Source of the DNA: Macrostomum lignano | Lineage: Eukaryota | NCBI GenBank assembly: GCA_002269645.1 | Contig: NIVC01000556.1 | Location: 201,126-265,125 of the forward strand | DNA: 64,000 nucleotides | Direction of reading: 5' to 3' | Part shown: piece by piece, positions 26,497 to 40,832 of the stretch | Layout of the letters: every line of letters starts with the position of its first letter | How positions within the stretch are numbered: position 1 is the stretch's first letter | Translations under genes and position numbers: made by a program | Notes under the pieces: generated by a model | Told to the model about the DNA's origin: nothing | The model's input: only the letters and a program-made list of their open reading frames with translations | Database searches by the model: none

Positions 26497-29051
26497 CCGC
26501 CAGCAGTCTGATGGTAAGCAGTGCTTACCACGCTGACACTCCAATCCAAGCCTAAACTTTCGCGAGTGAGGAAAGTCTCTATAAGTCTATGGCTGGCCAC
26601 AGGCCGTTCTGGTCGGCTATGGTAAGCAGAGCTTGCCATACCAGGGTAGAATTGAAGTTAGGAAAATCAGATTGAGCAGCTCTTCAAAACTGTCTGTCTG
26701 TCTGTCTGTCTATTCAGCCATTAGGGGTCATGGACAAATATTTATTCAAAAAGGAACTAGCTTTACTTTTATCCTTCCAAATAAAAAATTTGTCATTTGC
26801 CTTTTATACCGCAGTTGGTTGAAATCTGCTACAGATTATTCACGGTCTGGAAACAACTCGACTGAAGAAAAAATCAAACGAAAAATATTTTAACAAAGTA
26901 AAACAAAAGTAAGCAGATCGTACAGATCGTACATTTAGATGCAAAAGTACTCCAAAACGCAAAAAATAACATTGTGATATGTGTTAGACAACTTTAAACT
27001 TTAAATAAACATAATAACTCAGTAAACTTACAAACTACATTAAAATAATACTGACTTGCATTATATTTTGACTAAGTTCCATTATATTTTGACTAAGTTC
27101 GAGTAAACAGTTGCCTTCAAATAGATTCATTAAGGCAGACTTAGTCCAAATCGCAGTCGAAGATCAGGCATGCCACTGCTGAAAGCAGGCTTCCAAGCAG
27201 AGCCCCGGTTCCCCTGGACACTCAGGGCAGCAGTAGATCGTGCGTTTGCTGCTTCCAGCTCTGTAGCAGACACGACAGCGCTTTGTTGGTCTTGGCTGAC
27301 TGTCCCGCGCCACAATCTTCGTTGGAAAGTGCGGACTGACTGGGCCACCTGGAGCGGCCTGGATGCCAGCGGCCGGGCGCTTCCTGCTCGTTCCGGTACG
27401 CTCCACCAGCTCCCGAATGCTGGCCTCAAGAAACTTGGCGAACGTCTTCTCTCCACCGCACCGGCTGTACACAATCCAAGCGTTGCGAATCATTTGAAGA
27501 AAAAGATGCAAGCCGAGCTTCAAAAACCACTTTGTAGTTTTCCTCCCTGGCAGATGAGGCTGTAGATGACTGTCCATTCTGTCAACACCACCCATGCACC
27601 GATTGTAGGTGAGAACTGACCTGCTCTTCTGCACCACTGTTTCTGCTCCTCCACGAACCACGCGTCTGGTTTGAACCCTCTCAGCCGCCTCTTTCGTGTT
27701 CAGCAAATACAGAGTCTTCAGGCCACTCTCCTTTCGTTCAACGATCTTGACAGCCAGCACCCCGTCTTTGCGCATGAAGGCGACGTCGTTAGGTGGAACG
27801 TGCAGCTGTCTAAGCTCAATCGGCACACCTCGGTCGGCCCGGACGGTACAAGTCAGGTGCGTTCCTTGAGTCAGCAGGTACTCTGACAGCCGATAGGAAC
27901 CGAACCATTTATCGACAAAGATGCGGTAGCCTTGGTGCAACAAGTTGTAGCAGAGCTCAACAACAATCTTCTCGCTGAAGGACAGATTGTCTCCCTGCAA
28001 CTGTTCATCGAACCGGCGGTTCTCCTCTGGGGTCGAGTGAACGCGGAAGTTGTACAGGTAGCCTGATTTGGCCTCACATGCACAATATAGCTTTATTCCG
28101 TACTTAGCCCGCTTCGTTGGAATATATTGCTTAAAGCGCAGGCGACCTTTGTACAGCACCAAAGACTCATCCACGCTCACATCCTCCTCGGGCCTGTACA
28201 CATTAATACAAGCCTCTTTCAAAGCCTGCAGCAACGGACGGATCTTAAAGAGAGGATCGTTGACAATCGGATCCTCAGCGCAATCGTAGAAACGGAGCAG
28301 ACCAAGTAGCTGCTTGAAGCGGTCCCTAGAGAGAGCTTGAGGTGCTTGAAAGTACGGCGTACTGTAGTAACTGTCTGTGCTCCAGTACTCGTTCATTTCG
28401 GCCTTTTTATTGGAACCCATGTAAAGGCACATTCCTAACACTTTCTTTACTTCATTCGCACTGCAATCTCTCCATTGCGCAAAACTCCGAGGCAGGTCGT
28501 CGACATTGACAGAGTGGATCGCCGCCCAGGCTCTTCGATTAGTCCATTTTGCCAGTTCTTCGAAAAGGCTATTGGACAAAAAAAGACCGAGAAAAAAGGA
28601 CGTTGCCTGCTCAACATCACCAGGTACGCAAATTCCTGGATTCAGTCCAGGTGTCCCTAGAAACTCGTGCACATTCGCTTGCACGTCATGCCCAGCAACT
28701 ACAGAATGCCAAGACAGCTCTTCCGTCTCTTCGGCAGTGCTGTGGCCGTCCGACTCACCATAATCGTCCTCTGACATGATGTCTTCTTCTTCATCGGACG
28801 TCATTAAGTCCGAATCGGAAAAACTTTCAAATTCTTCCATGAGTGCAGCCATAATCTTCAGCTGTAAAACTTTCTATGTTAGTTTATGGAGACTTAGTTT
28901 TGGGCCTTATTCATAGTCAATGTCTTTTTATCAGACTGGAATGACCACAGACTTAGCAAACCATTCTGCTGAAAGGAATAGTCTATGGTAAGCGCTGCTT
29001 ACCATCCGACCGGAACGGAGATGAATAAAATCCTCTTCAGTTCGGAAGAGG
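26497..29051 (-). mobile_element. Full-length piggyBac DNA transposon (2555 bp)
   Basis: TTAA at 26493-26496 and 29052-29055, with CC...GG termini. A palindromic internal repeat TGGTAAGC-nnn-GCTTACCA occurs near both ends. An empty-site homolog at about 35500-35545 confirms the boundaries. Confidence 0.9.
27164..28852 (-). CDS. piggyBac transposase (PGBD4-like), intact 562 aa
   Basis: Acidic N-terminus, DDD triad (VDESLVLYKG, FVDKWF, GGVDRMD), YIPTKRAKYGIK motif, and C-terminal cysteine-rich domain CRVC...CPEC...LCLEACFQQWH. Confidence 0.95.
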   Translation of the reverse strand: MAALMEEFESFSDSDLMTSDEEEDIMSEDDYGESDGHSTAEETEELSWHSVVAGHDVQANVHEFLGTPGLNPGICVPGDVEQATSFFLGLFLSNSLFEELAKWTNRRAWAAIHSVNVDDLPRSFAQWRDCSANEVKKVLGMCLYMGSNKKAEMNEYWSTDSYYSTPYFQAPQALSRDRFKQLLGLLRFYDCAEDPIVNDPLFKIRPLLQALKEACINVYRPEEDVSVDESLVLYKGRLRFKQYIPTKRAKYGIKLYCACEAKSGYLYNFRVHSTPEENRRFDEQLQGDNLSFSEKIVVELCYNLLHQGYRIFVDKWFGSYRLSEYLLTQGTHLTCTVRADRGVPIELRQLHVPPNDVAFMRKDGVLAVKIVERKESGLKTLYLLNTKEAAERVQTRRVVRGGAETVVQKSRSVLTYNRCMGGVDRMDSHLQPHLPGRKTTKWFLKLGLHLFLQMIRNAWIVYSRCGGEKTFAKFLEASIRELVERTGTSRKRPAAGIQAAPGGPVSPHFPTKIVARDSQPRPTKRCRVCYRAGSSKRTIYCCPECPGEPGLCLEACFQQWHA

Positions 29052-29652
29052 TTAAAGTGCACCAGGGTGCACACAACCCCCCTACCTATAATAAAAAATG
29101 TCAAAGAGAAAAATCCTGCTGTCCACTGCGAACATAGTCCAGAAACGTTTGCAACACCCCTTGTAATTATTCCCTATCTATATTGCTGTCAAACTCTCTG
29201 GCCAACAAATCATTTCATTCTAATGAAGAACCCAAAGCCACTGTGTTGGAATATTTTTGCTAGGATGTTAGAATTTTTAGACAAGAATTGAGTAGCTTGT
29301 TGAGTGTTGTCAGATTATTTGAGGCTAATGGAGATTATTTAAGGTACTGAGTGCTCTGACTTTGTTGCACCTTGTATTTTTCATTATGCTAAAATACTTT
29401 GATCTTGGAAAGATGATTCTTATTAATAATTGATCATTGTTGAATTTGTTGCATATAGGCATATATTTTCAGAATGTTGAAAATGTGTACTAAATTTAAT
29501 AAAATCTTGAATATGACATTAAAACTTTAGATATGAATAGTAAATATGAAATGAAACATTACTATCAGATCAAGTGGACTATTCCACATTGCAACCATCT
29601 TTCATGTTTAACTTTGATTTCTAATATTGAGTGTCGCAGCCTCTCTGTCTAG

Positions 29653-32614
<2,962 letters not shown>

Positions 32615-35489
32615 ACAGCAAAATTTTGTCACGGTTACCACGGATACTAAAATAACTAGATAAGCCAGTCGCAAAAAATGCACTCGTCTACTTTTTTTCA
32701 TTAGCAAGATTAGCGTTTTTTAGTCCTAAAATATTTAATGTTTTTTTAAGGTACAAGAATCAGCTGGCTTTCTATTTTAGAAGCAGATCTCTCTCCTTAC
32801 TGCTCTCTCATTGGCTGAGCTAGAGCTAGATTGGGCCTGTCCCCCATAGGCTGGGTTTCGTCTGTCTGACGTTCAGTTGTTTATTTTCAACCTAATATGC
32901 TCCTGTCGCCACATGGGAAAGAAAATTTGAGCTACCAAATTAAATTTTAGTTACACTGCAGACAAACTACTGAAATAAAGTAGACGCTCCACTTTTTACC
33001 ATTTTTTACGAGTGACATATCTAGTTTTTCCAGTATCTACGATTATTGCTAACAACTGCAGACATTGACTCATTCTTTTTTGATCATCATGAAATCTATA
33101 GACTACTTAGTAAGTCTTTGTAATTCAAGTAGTTCTGTCAAAATATTAAAACTAAAATAAACTTTATTAAAATGCTAAAAATGCTGTAAATTTATCTTTT
33201 AGACACTTGACAATTAACAAGTGTTTGTTTAAACGCATACAGAATCTCACAGTAATAGTATGCTTAACGTATTGGTAAATAATAATGATATGCTGTTTGT
33301 AATGATTTTAGGAGGTTATAAATTAGTAGTTTGTTATTATCCGCAGGTCGCAGCTCCATTTCTAGTTATATAATTTGTTTTATTTGTTAATTTGATGCTT
33401 GTTTAGTTGTTATAATTTTTGCACAGAAAAATACACAACCAAGAGACAGAACAATGTTATATCTGTTATATAAATAAGTTGTTGATGCCTAATTATCACA
33501 AATGTGTCTTAAATGTGTACAAATATGAATAATAATATTGTTTATTTAGCAGCACATGTTTTCAAACTATTATTAGTTATATAAGTAGTACTTTCTTTTA
33601 TTTGTAAATTGCTACTTTTAACATTTTACACACTATTATTTATTTCCACATTATGCTACTGTTATTAGTACCGAAAGGCCTTATCCGTCTATTTGTGCTT
33701 TAGCCTATGGTATATCCTAATTTTCTATAACAATTTATCGCGCTGCTAAATCAATGCCAATTAAATCTGTGTGCATATCAGTTCTTTTGCGCGTCATTTT
33801 GATAGTTATGGTTTTTTATGTTCAATTAATTTTATTGCATGTGTTTGTGTGCCTTCTTGAGCCATTGTACATCAGTTGTTTACTTTGTGGATTGCGGGAT
33901 CAACGCAAATAGTGGAAATTAATATATTACTTACCTAATATTGATTGTCAATAGCTAATGGATCAGATAAATTTATATTTAGGGATTAGTTATTGCCAAT
34001 AAAAATTTCAATTCTTAAGGTTTCGTTTGCCTATGTTACGGTTAGTAGTCACTGCAGCAAAAATGTATAATAATAACAATTGATTTCCTCTCTGCCTTAA
34101 TCTTTGTTGCTCATAATTTTTTCAGTTGCTGTCAAAACTGAAATTTCAGCTTTGTTGACTCGTCAGTGTGTTTGCTGTTAAATAAAAAAGTAATTATCTT
34201 TACTGCTGACGTAAACGCACTACTACTTAATGTACTACTACTATTATTATTATTTATATTGTTTTTTGGCGCTACACCTTCTGTTCTACTTGCGCGTACA
34301 TATGACACATGCACATTTTGTATTTTATATATATTATATATTCATATATACAAAAAAACCAGTTTGTTTGACATTTTACGGTACAAACTATGACGACGCT
34401 TATATATTAATATACATATACACGTTTAATATTATGTGTAGTAGACGTATTAAACATTGCTAAGATTGCAATTTGCCTCTTGGTTACTTATTTTTCGTCA
34501 CAGGTTTTTTGGGCAAATAGATAATGAGATTAGCTGAAATTCTGAAAACTTCGAATCTTATTGACGCAGACCGAAATTCATGAAAACACCTGTGCAATCC
34601 TTGGGCTCTGGCGCTGAAAGGGTTCAGCCACCAGGCCTCGTCCCCTAGACTTTGTGTGCGCCTCTGGTTGGTGCGGTAGCTGACGTCGTGGTCAAGATCC
34701 AATTATCTAGACAGCGAGCCCGGGTTGTCTGAAGCTACTCGCCAGAGAACAACAATACGTGCATGTAAATCTACTAATGTTCAAACGGATCTTCCACATG
34801 TAGCTGTGTTCAATGAATGCTGTTTATAGAGCTAGCGTATCATTAACTTTAGCTTTGACTAGGCTTAACAAGAAAGCCAAATGTGGTTTGCATTTTTACT
34901 CATGTAAAAGCCTTGCTAGCCTTGCATATATACGATCATGAATAAACAGCCTGGAGTGTTTTTAGGCAGTCATTTTGCTGGCAGTCAAATTGCGGCAGTC
35001 AATTGTCGTAGATCCAATGAGCTTAAGTTGACAGGCCATTTGCATTTAAGAAACAGACTGAGAAGGAAGACATATTAGTTTGTCCTTGTGTTAATAATTT
35101 GTTTTGATAGTTTGAAATTTTTTCTGGATCTAAGGAATTAAATTATATCATTTTGTTATAATTTCAGGCGGGATTCACTACGAGTAGCAAAAATTAGAAT
35201 GCGAGATTAGATTCCTGGATCTCATTTTTAAGGTCTTCTGTAACAATGTAAGCGATCTTTTGTGTGCACTAGTAATACATGCCGTGTAGTCTCTCCGATC
35301 TATTTGACTAACAAAATTTACTGGAATCGGTTAAAAGCATGAATTTAACTGCTTCCGTATGTTTTGTTAACCACTGTTTGTTGTTGGACAGAAGAGAAAG
35401 GTTGGAGTTTCGCTGATGCATGTTTTACGAGCTAAATTGACTTTTGCTCCTGGCTCTGATGCTCTCTGCATGTTCTTCATTGGAGGCAG

Positions 35490-35685
35490 GGCCAGGGCCT
35501 GTGTGCACCTTGGCGCGCTTTAAGCAGCATTGTCACACAACCGGCGAGAGGCATTGCTGCCCATTCCGCCGACAGCGGCTCTAACTTTATTTATCGTTAG
35601 GCATGTACACTTCACTGTGCCTTGGGGGTTGGCCCTCAAAGGCGTTAATTGCACGAGCAGAGCCAAAGCCCCTGTCTCTTGGTTG
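35490..35685 (-). mobile_element. SINE family A copy (3' body), containing the empty piggyBac TTAA site
   Basis: The reverse complement matches 26290-26496 plus 29052-29075. It is truncated by the adjacent minisatellite. Confidence 0.7.
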
Positions 35686-36705
35686 GCGCCCAGTTGTATC
35701 TTGGTTGGCGCCCCCTGTCTCTTGGTTTGCGCCCCCCGTCTCTTGGTTTGGCGCCCCCCTGTCTCTTGGTGGGCGCCCCTGTCTCTTGGTGGGCGCCCCT
35801 GTCTCTTGGTTTGCGCCCCCCGTCTCTTGGTTTGGCGCCCCCCTGTCTCTTGGTTGGCGCCCCCTGTCTCTTGGTTTGCGCCCCCCGTCTCTTGGTTTGG
35901 CGCCCCCCTGTCTCTTGGTTTGCGCCCCCCGTCTCTTGGTTTTGCGCCCCCCTGTCTCTTGGTGGGCGCCCCTGTCTCTTGGTGGGCGCCCCTGTCTCTT
36001 GGTTTGCGCCCCCCGTCTCTTGGTTTGGCGCCCCCCGTCTCTTGGTGGGCGCCCCTGTCTCTTGGTGGGCGCCCCTGTCTCTTGGTTTGCGCCCCCCGTC
36101 TCTTGGTTTGGCGCCCCCCTGTCTCTTGGTTGGCGCCCCCTGTCTCTTGGTTTGCGCCCCCCGTCTCTTGGTTTGGCGCCCCCCTGTCTCTTGGTTTGCG
36201 CCCCCCGTCTCTTGGTTTTGCGCCCCCCTGTCTCTTGGTGGGCGCCCCTGTCTCTTGGTGGGCGCCCCTGTCTCTTGGTGGGCGCCCCCCGTCTCTTGGT
36301 TTGGCGCCCCCCGTCTCTTGGTTTGGCGCCCCCCTGTCTCTTGGTGGGCGCCCCTGTCTCTTGGTTTGCGCCCCCCGTCTCTTGGTTTGGCGCCCCCCGT
36401 CTCTTGGTTTGGCGCCCCCCTGTCTCTTGGTTTGCGCCCTCCGTCTCTTGGTTTGGCGCCCCCCTGTCTCTTGGTGGGCGCCCCTGTCTCTTGGTGGGCG
36501 CCCCCCGTCTCTTGGTTTGGCGCCCCCCTGTCTCTTGGTGGGCGCCCCTGTCTCTTGGTTTGCGCCCCCCGTCTCTTGGTTTGGCGCCCCCCTGTCTCTT
36601 GGTTTGCGCCCTCCGTCTCTTGGTTTGGCGCCCCCCTGTCTCTTGGTGGGCGCCCCTGTCTCTTGGTGGGCGCCCCTGTCTCTTGGTGGTCGCCCCTGTC
36701 TCTTA
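35672..36705. repeat. GC-rich ~20-22-bp minisatellite TGTCTCTTGGT(T/G)(T/G)GCGCCCCCC
   Basis: About 50 tandem units. They generate several spurious 370-410-aa ORFs. Confidence 0.95.
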
Positions 36706-36982
36706 GGCTGCGTCATGGTTGCCAGAGGTTTCTCCTGACATTCGTCGAAGCCATGCATGCAGTTTCTATCTGTTTACATGCTTTTATTTCATTTGGCAAA
36801 TAATGCAACACCCTGCAATATTAAACGCAGCTAAAGTAGCCTATTGGAGAAGAGAACATTCGCCAATCAGAAAAAGCATGCCTACAGGTATTAAGTCATT
36901 AATCCCACTATATATAGAAACGTCTACGCCGATAAACGAGAGAGCGCTCAGCTTTAAATCCCTACCAATTGCTGGTATAGTA

Positions 36983-38147
36983 ATGCAGCTTCTAACACTA
37001 CTCACCTGCGTGGTATCAATAGTTGCCATCTCGGCCACCAACTGCCCACCCAAGAAGGCTTTCGTTGTTGCCCACCGTGCCAGCGGACAGGGCCCGGCGG
37101 AGTTCGCCAAGCACGAACTGGTCGCTACCCGACCCCAATGCTCACTGATGTGCGCTCGCATACTCGACTGCTATGGCTTCTATTGGAGTCCGAATGCGTG
37201 CCATCTGTTCAACGTCACCGCATTCTTTAGGCGGGTTCTGTGGCAATCAGTCTTTCCACCGAGCGATGTGTACACGCGAAAACTGCGTGAGTATACATGT
37301 ATACCGAGCATTGCGTGATTGTAATGGATTGAACACAGTCCGGTTGAAGTTGATTCTCCTTCCAGGAAGGGGGTTGTAGCCTAGTGGTCAGAGCGTCGGA
37401 CTCACGACTTGAATTGGTCGGGGTTCGATTCCCGATCCCACTGATACAATTTGCGTCCCTAAGTAAGACGTTTAACTCTGAACTGCTTCAGTTCACCCAG
37501 CTGTAAAATGGGTGCCAGCATTGGCTGGGGTAATTGAGGCTGTGTGGCGACTCCCCAGTCCTTGGACTGAACAGCCGTACGCAGCAATGCGCCGCGCAAT
37601 ACATGTATATATAACCGACAGCGGCTGAGCTGTCGGTTGCAAATCTGCTGACCGGTTGCATAATATTATCATTAATTAATCTTTTATATTAACGGACAAA
37701 TATGCTGCTGAGTGTAAGACATTGCGTAAATTTTCAGCGACATTACCCTTGAGAGCTTCAACATGTAGGCAGAGTTCTACAAGGAGGAGGCAAAGAGGCG
37801 ATTGCTTACGAGCCATTGATGGCAATACAAACCAGAATTACTTTAAAAAATCCTGCTCCCACACAAGAGAAAGCAATAGCGAATGGTGGGAAGCTGAGCT
37901 GCCCAGAGCAGCTCTCGTCTCCACCGTCACCATCTACAACAGGCAGGACTGCTGCGCTGACCGACTCAACAGGTTCACACTGCAGGTGGACGGCATCGAG
38001 TGCAACAATGTGAAACTATCGACTTCGTTCTCAGTGTCCAACTTCACCTGCGCTGGCTATGGCAGCAGAGTTCGAGTTTCTATTTTTCATGCTAAATTAC
38101 CAGTCACCATTTGCGAATTTATGGCCTATGGATTTTATTTTCCGTAA
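36983..38147 (+). CDS. Secreted PAN/apple + F-type lectin (fucolectin) protein, 237 aa
   Basis: Exon 36983-37286: signal peptide MQLLTLLTCVVSIVAISA plus PAN-like C-x3-C...CYGFYW...CHL. Exon 37738-38147: RAIDGNTN, SCSHT, WW, NRQDCCADR. The fucose-binding motif H-x26-R-x-D-x4-R counts out exactly. Confidence 0.85.
37372..37600 (+). mobile_element. tRNA-derived SINE family B, copy 1 (lectin intron)
   Basis: A-box TAGCCTAGTGG and B-box GGTTCGATTCC, followed by a non-tRNA body (CTTCAGTTCACCCAGCTGTAAAATGGG). A homolog lies at 52949. Confidence 0.8.
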
Positions 38148-39584
38148 CTATGAAAGGCTTGAAATGTACTTTACATTTAGTACGACATGAATTTTATTTT
38201 ATTATAGTTGACGACATACTCGTCGTTTAATGTCGAAAATTTCTCTGCGATTCTTACACACCTTGAAAATAAATAATCTGCTGCTTAAAACTGAACTTAA
38301 AGAAATACCCCTGGCCACTTGAATTTCACTTTGCCTTTTCAACATAAAACCACCTATGAACCTGTAGTAATATAGCGCTTGATGCGATTGCAAATTATCG
38401 TAATAGTGATGTACATTGTAATTCCGGGAAGCATGTATTCCGGATTTTTTATGCATGCGTGTTTTGTTAAAATGTGCAAAAATATATCGCCTCTCGCGTA
38501 CATTCTGGAAACTTTTTACTCAGCTCTCCCTATATACCCAGAAGAGACATTAATGTTGTAGAAACTTGTACACATCCAAAATTTTATAAACAAAGGCACA
38601 TTAAATTTAACATTACACAATTAGCTATACTCTTTTTACTACTATATATACTGCTGCCGAGCACTTTTTATCCGACTTTGCTTACAATTTGCTTAATAGT
38701 ATAACTCGATGTTCTACGCAAAACGATAAAAATAAATCAACTTCATAAATCAAGTTGAGTATCCTCCTCGCAATTCTGATTCGATAAAAAACGGTTGAAG
38801 GTGTTTTCTTGGATGTCCCTTTCTTTCGTCGATTTTCTTTCAATTTTGCTGCACTAAATCACCGAAGATGTGAAAGTTTATTTGTCTTCTAATATTAAAT
38901 ATTTTTATTGAGTTTAAGGCATCCTAAACTACGATAATTTACAAAAAAATTGAAAAACTAGCCATAAGAACCTGTTTTTCGTGTAGTTAGAAGTTTCTAC
39001 GTGGAAGAAAATGTCGTGAATAGTGTCAGTTAAACAAAATATTAATAAATTCGGCTTTAGTCTTAATGCTAAGTTTGTATAGATGTTAAATTGTTAAATG
39101 TAAATGCAAGTTGTATTTTGATGTTTTAATAAATATGGCTCCAGTTCTAATTTTAAACGCGAACTTGTAAATAACATTCTGAGCTTTCTAAAATGTAAAT
39201 ACGAGCATAAAAATGTTAAAATTCTACAATGCCATATAACAGACATGGGGCGTAATTGACATTCAGACGATACATGTATTGAAGATGCCGCATCTGCATA
39301 TTTTCACACAAGGCAGCACTGCAAAAAAACCACGGCAATTATAATGGATGGGCAAACACCTACATGTAGAATCAGACCCATTTATTTTTAAATACTGTAG
39401 TACTATAGGAGGACCATGAGCTAGATGTTGTCCAACTTGTCCGTGTGGAGAGGCTGAACAAGCGCGCCTATGATATTAACGTGTGTGCATGCAAAATAAC
39501 TATTTAGTAAGAGTATAAATTCGTTTTATTTTCACCAAGAGATACTCCAAAATTCCTCAATGTTAGTATGTAACTCTCGACCCA

Positions 39585-39775
39585 CAGCGGCCCTAACTTT
39601 ATTTATCGCTAGGCATGTACACTTCACTGTGTCTCATGGGGGTTGGCCAAGAGCCAAGCCGAGATTGCAATTTAGCCACAAAAATTAGCGACTGCACTTG
39701 GAATCGAGCCTAAGGCCGCTGGCGCCGCGCCGCGCCAGACCACGATCACTAGGCTACGGCCCACTAGATTTGCCA
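39585..39775 (-). mobile_element. SINE family A copy with tRNA-like head
   Basis: Reverse strand reads GGGCCGTAGCCTAGTGATCG...GGCTCGATTCCAAGTGCAGTC, then the body shared with 26172. Confidence 0.75.
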
Positions 39776-40290
39776 CGTTGAGCGTAAAGTAAAGCTCAAA
39801 CAAGCCAGACCACGATCACTAGGCTACGGCCCACTAGATTTGCCACGTTGAGCGTAAAGTAAAGCTCAAACAAGCCAGACCATGATCACTAGGCTACGGC
39901 CCACTATATTTGCCACATTGAGCGTAAAGTAAAGCTCAAACAAGCCAGACCATGATCACTAGGCTACGGCCCACTAGATTTGCCACATTGAGCGTAAAGT
40001 AAAGCTCAAACAAGCCAGACCATGATCACTAGGCTACGGCCCACTAGATTTGCCACATTGAGCGTAAAGTAAAGCTCAAACAAGCCAGACCATGATCACT
40101 AGGCTACGGCCCACTAGATTTGCCACATTGAGCGTAAAGTAAAGCTCAAACAAGCCAGACCATGATCACTAGGCTACGGCCCACTAGATTTGCCACATTG
40201 AGCGTAAAGTAAAGCTCAAACAAGCCAGACCATGATCACTAGGCTACGGCCCACTAGATTTGCCACATTGAGCGTAAAGTAAAGCTCAAA
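39733..40290. repeat. 70-bp tandem repeat, about 8 copies, including the SINE A 5' head
   Basis: AGCGTAAAGT at 39781 and 39851 gives period 70. Copies are near-identical. Confidence 0.95.
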
Positions 40291-40832
40291 GAAGATTCAA
40301 ATTTCCAATGACGATTTCTCAAACTATATAGTCACGTTGGGTAAACTAGGAAATGTAAAAACAGGCTTGCTTAAGTCTTTTGAGCAATGCTGAATAGAGA
40401 AAAATCTAGAAAATTATAAGCCTGTAAAAGTCAACACGAGATTTAATAATTTTATTCAGTTAGAAAAACTCGAAGCATTCATTGCAGTTAATTTTATATA
40501 GAATCAGCTAAAACCAATGGCATGATCGCTTGCATTCTGTTCAACTTTGGCACATTTATACAGATTTGTATTATCACAGAAATATAAGAATCTGTAGCTA
40601 ATTAATAATCTAAGTGTAAGTGTAAGCGTAATCTAAACGCATTTGAAGGCTGTATTTTGGAGTGCGTACTTTACTTGGGTACCCCCTACTAAGCCCAAGT
40701 TCTCACTCGCGGGGGGGGGCGCTGACCCCCCCCCCTCCTGACCTTCGGTGGATGGCTTATATTGTCCCCCATTGCAGTTAGCTCTGTACGATGCCATCCA
40801 TTTACTAGCCACACAAAAGCCAAGCCTCAGCT

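Noticed and set aside
34484-34740. GC-richer island with a 72-aa minus-strand ORF
   Set aside because: Non-ATG start, no recognisable motif, and no splice partners I could support.
35520-36803. Four overlapping 367-412-aa ORFs
   Set aside because: They are open in several frames on both strands only because the minisatellite lacks stops. No coding signal.
37372-37445. tRNA gene
   Set aside because: A and B boxes are present, but the acceptor stem does not close and the sequence continues into a body shared with the 52949 copy, so it is a SINE head.
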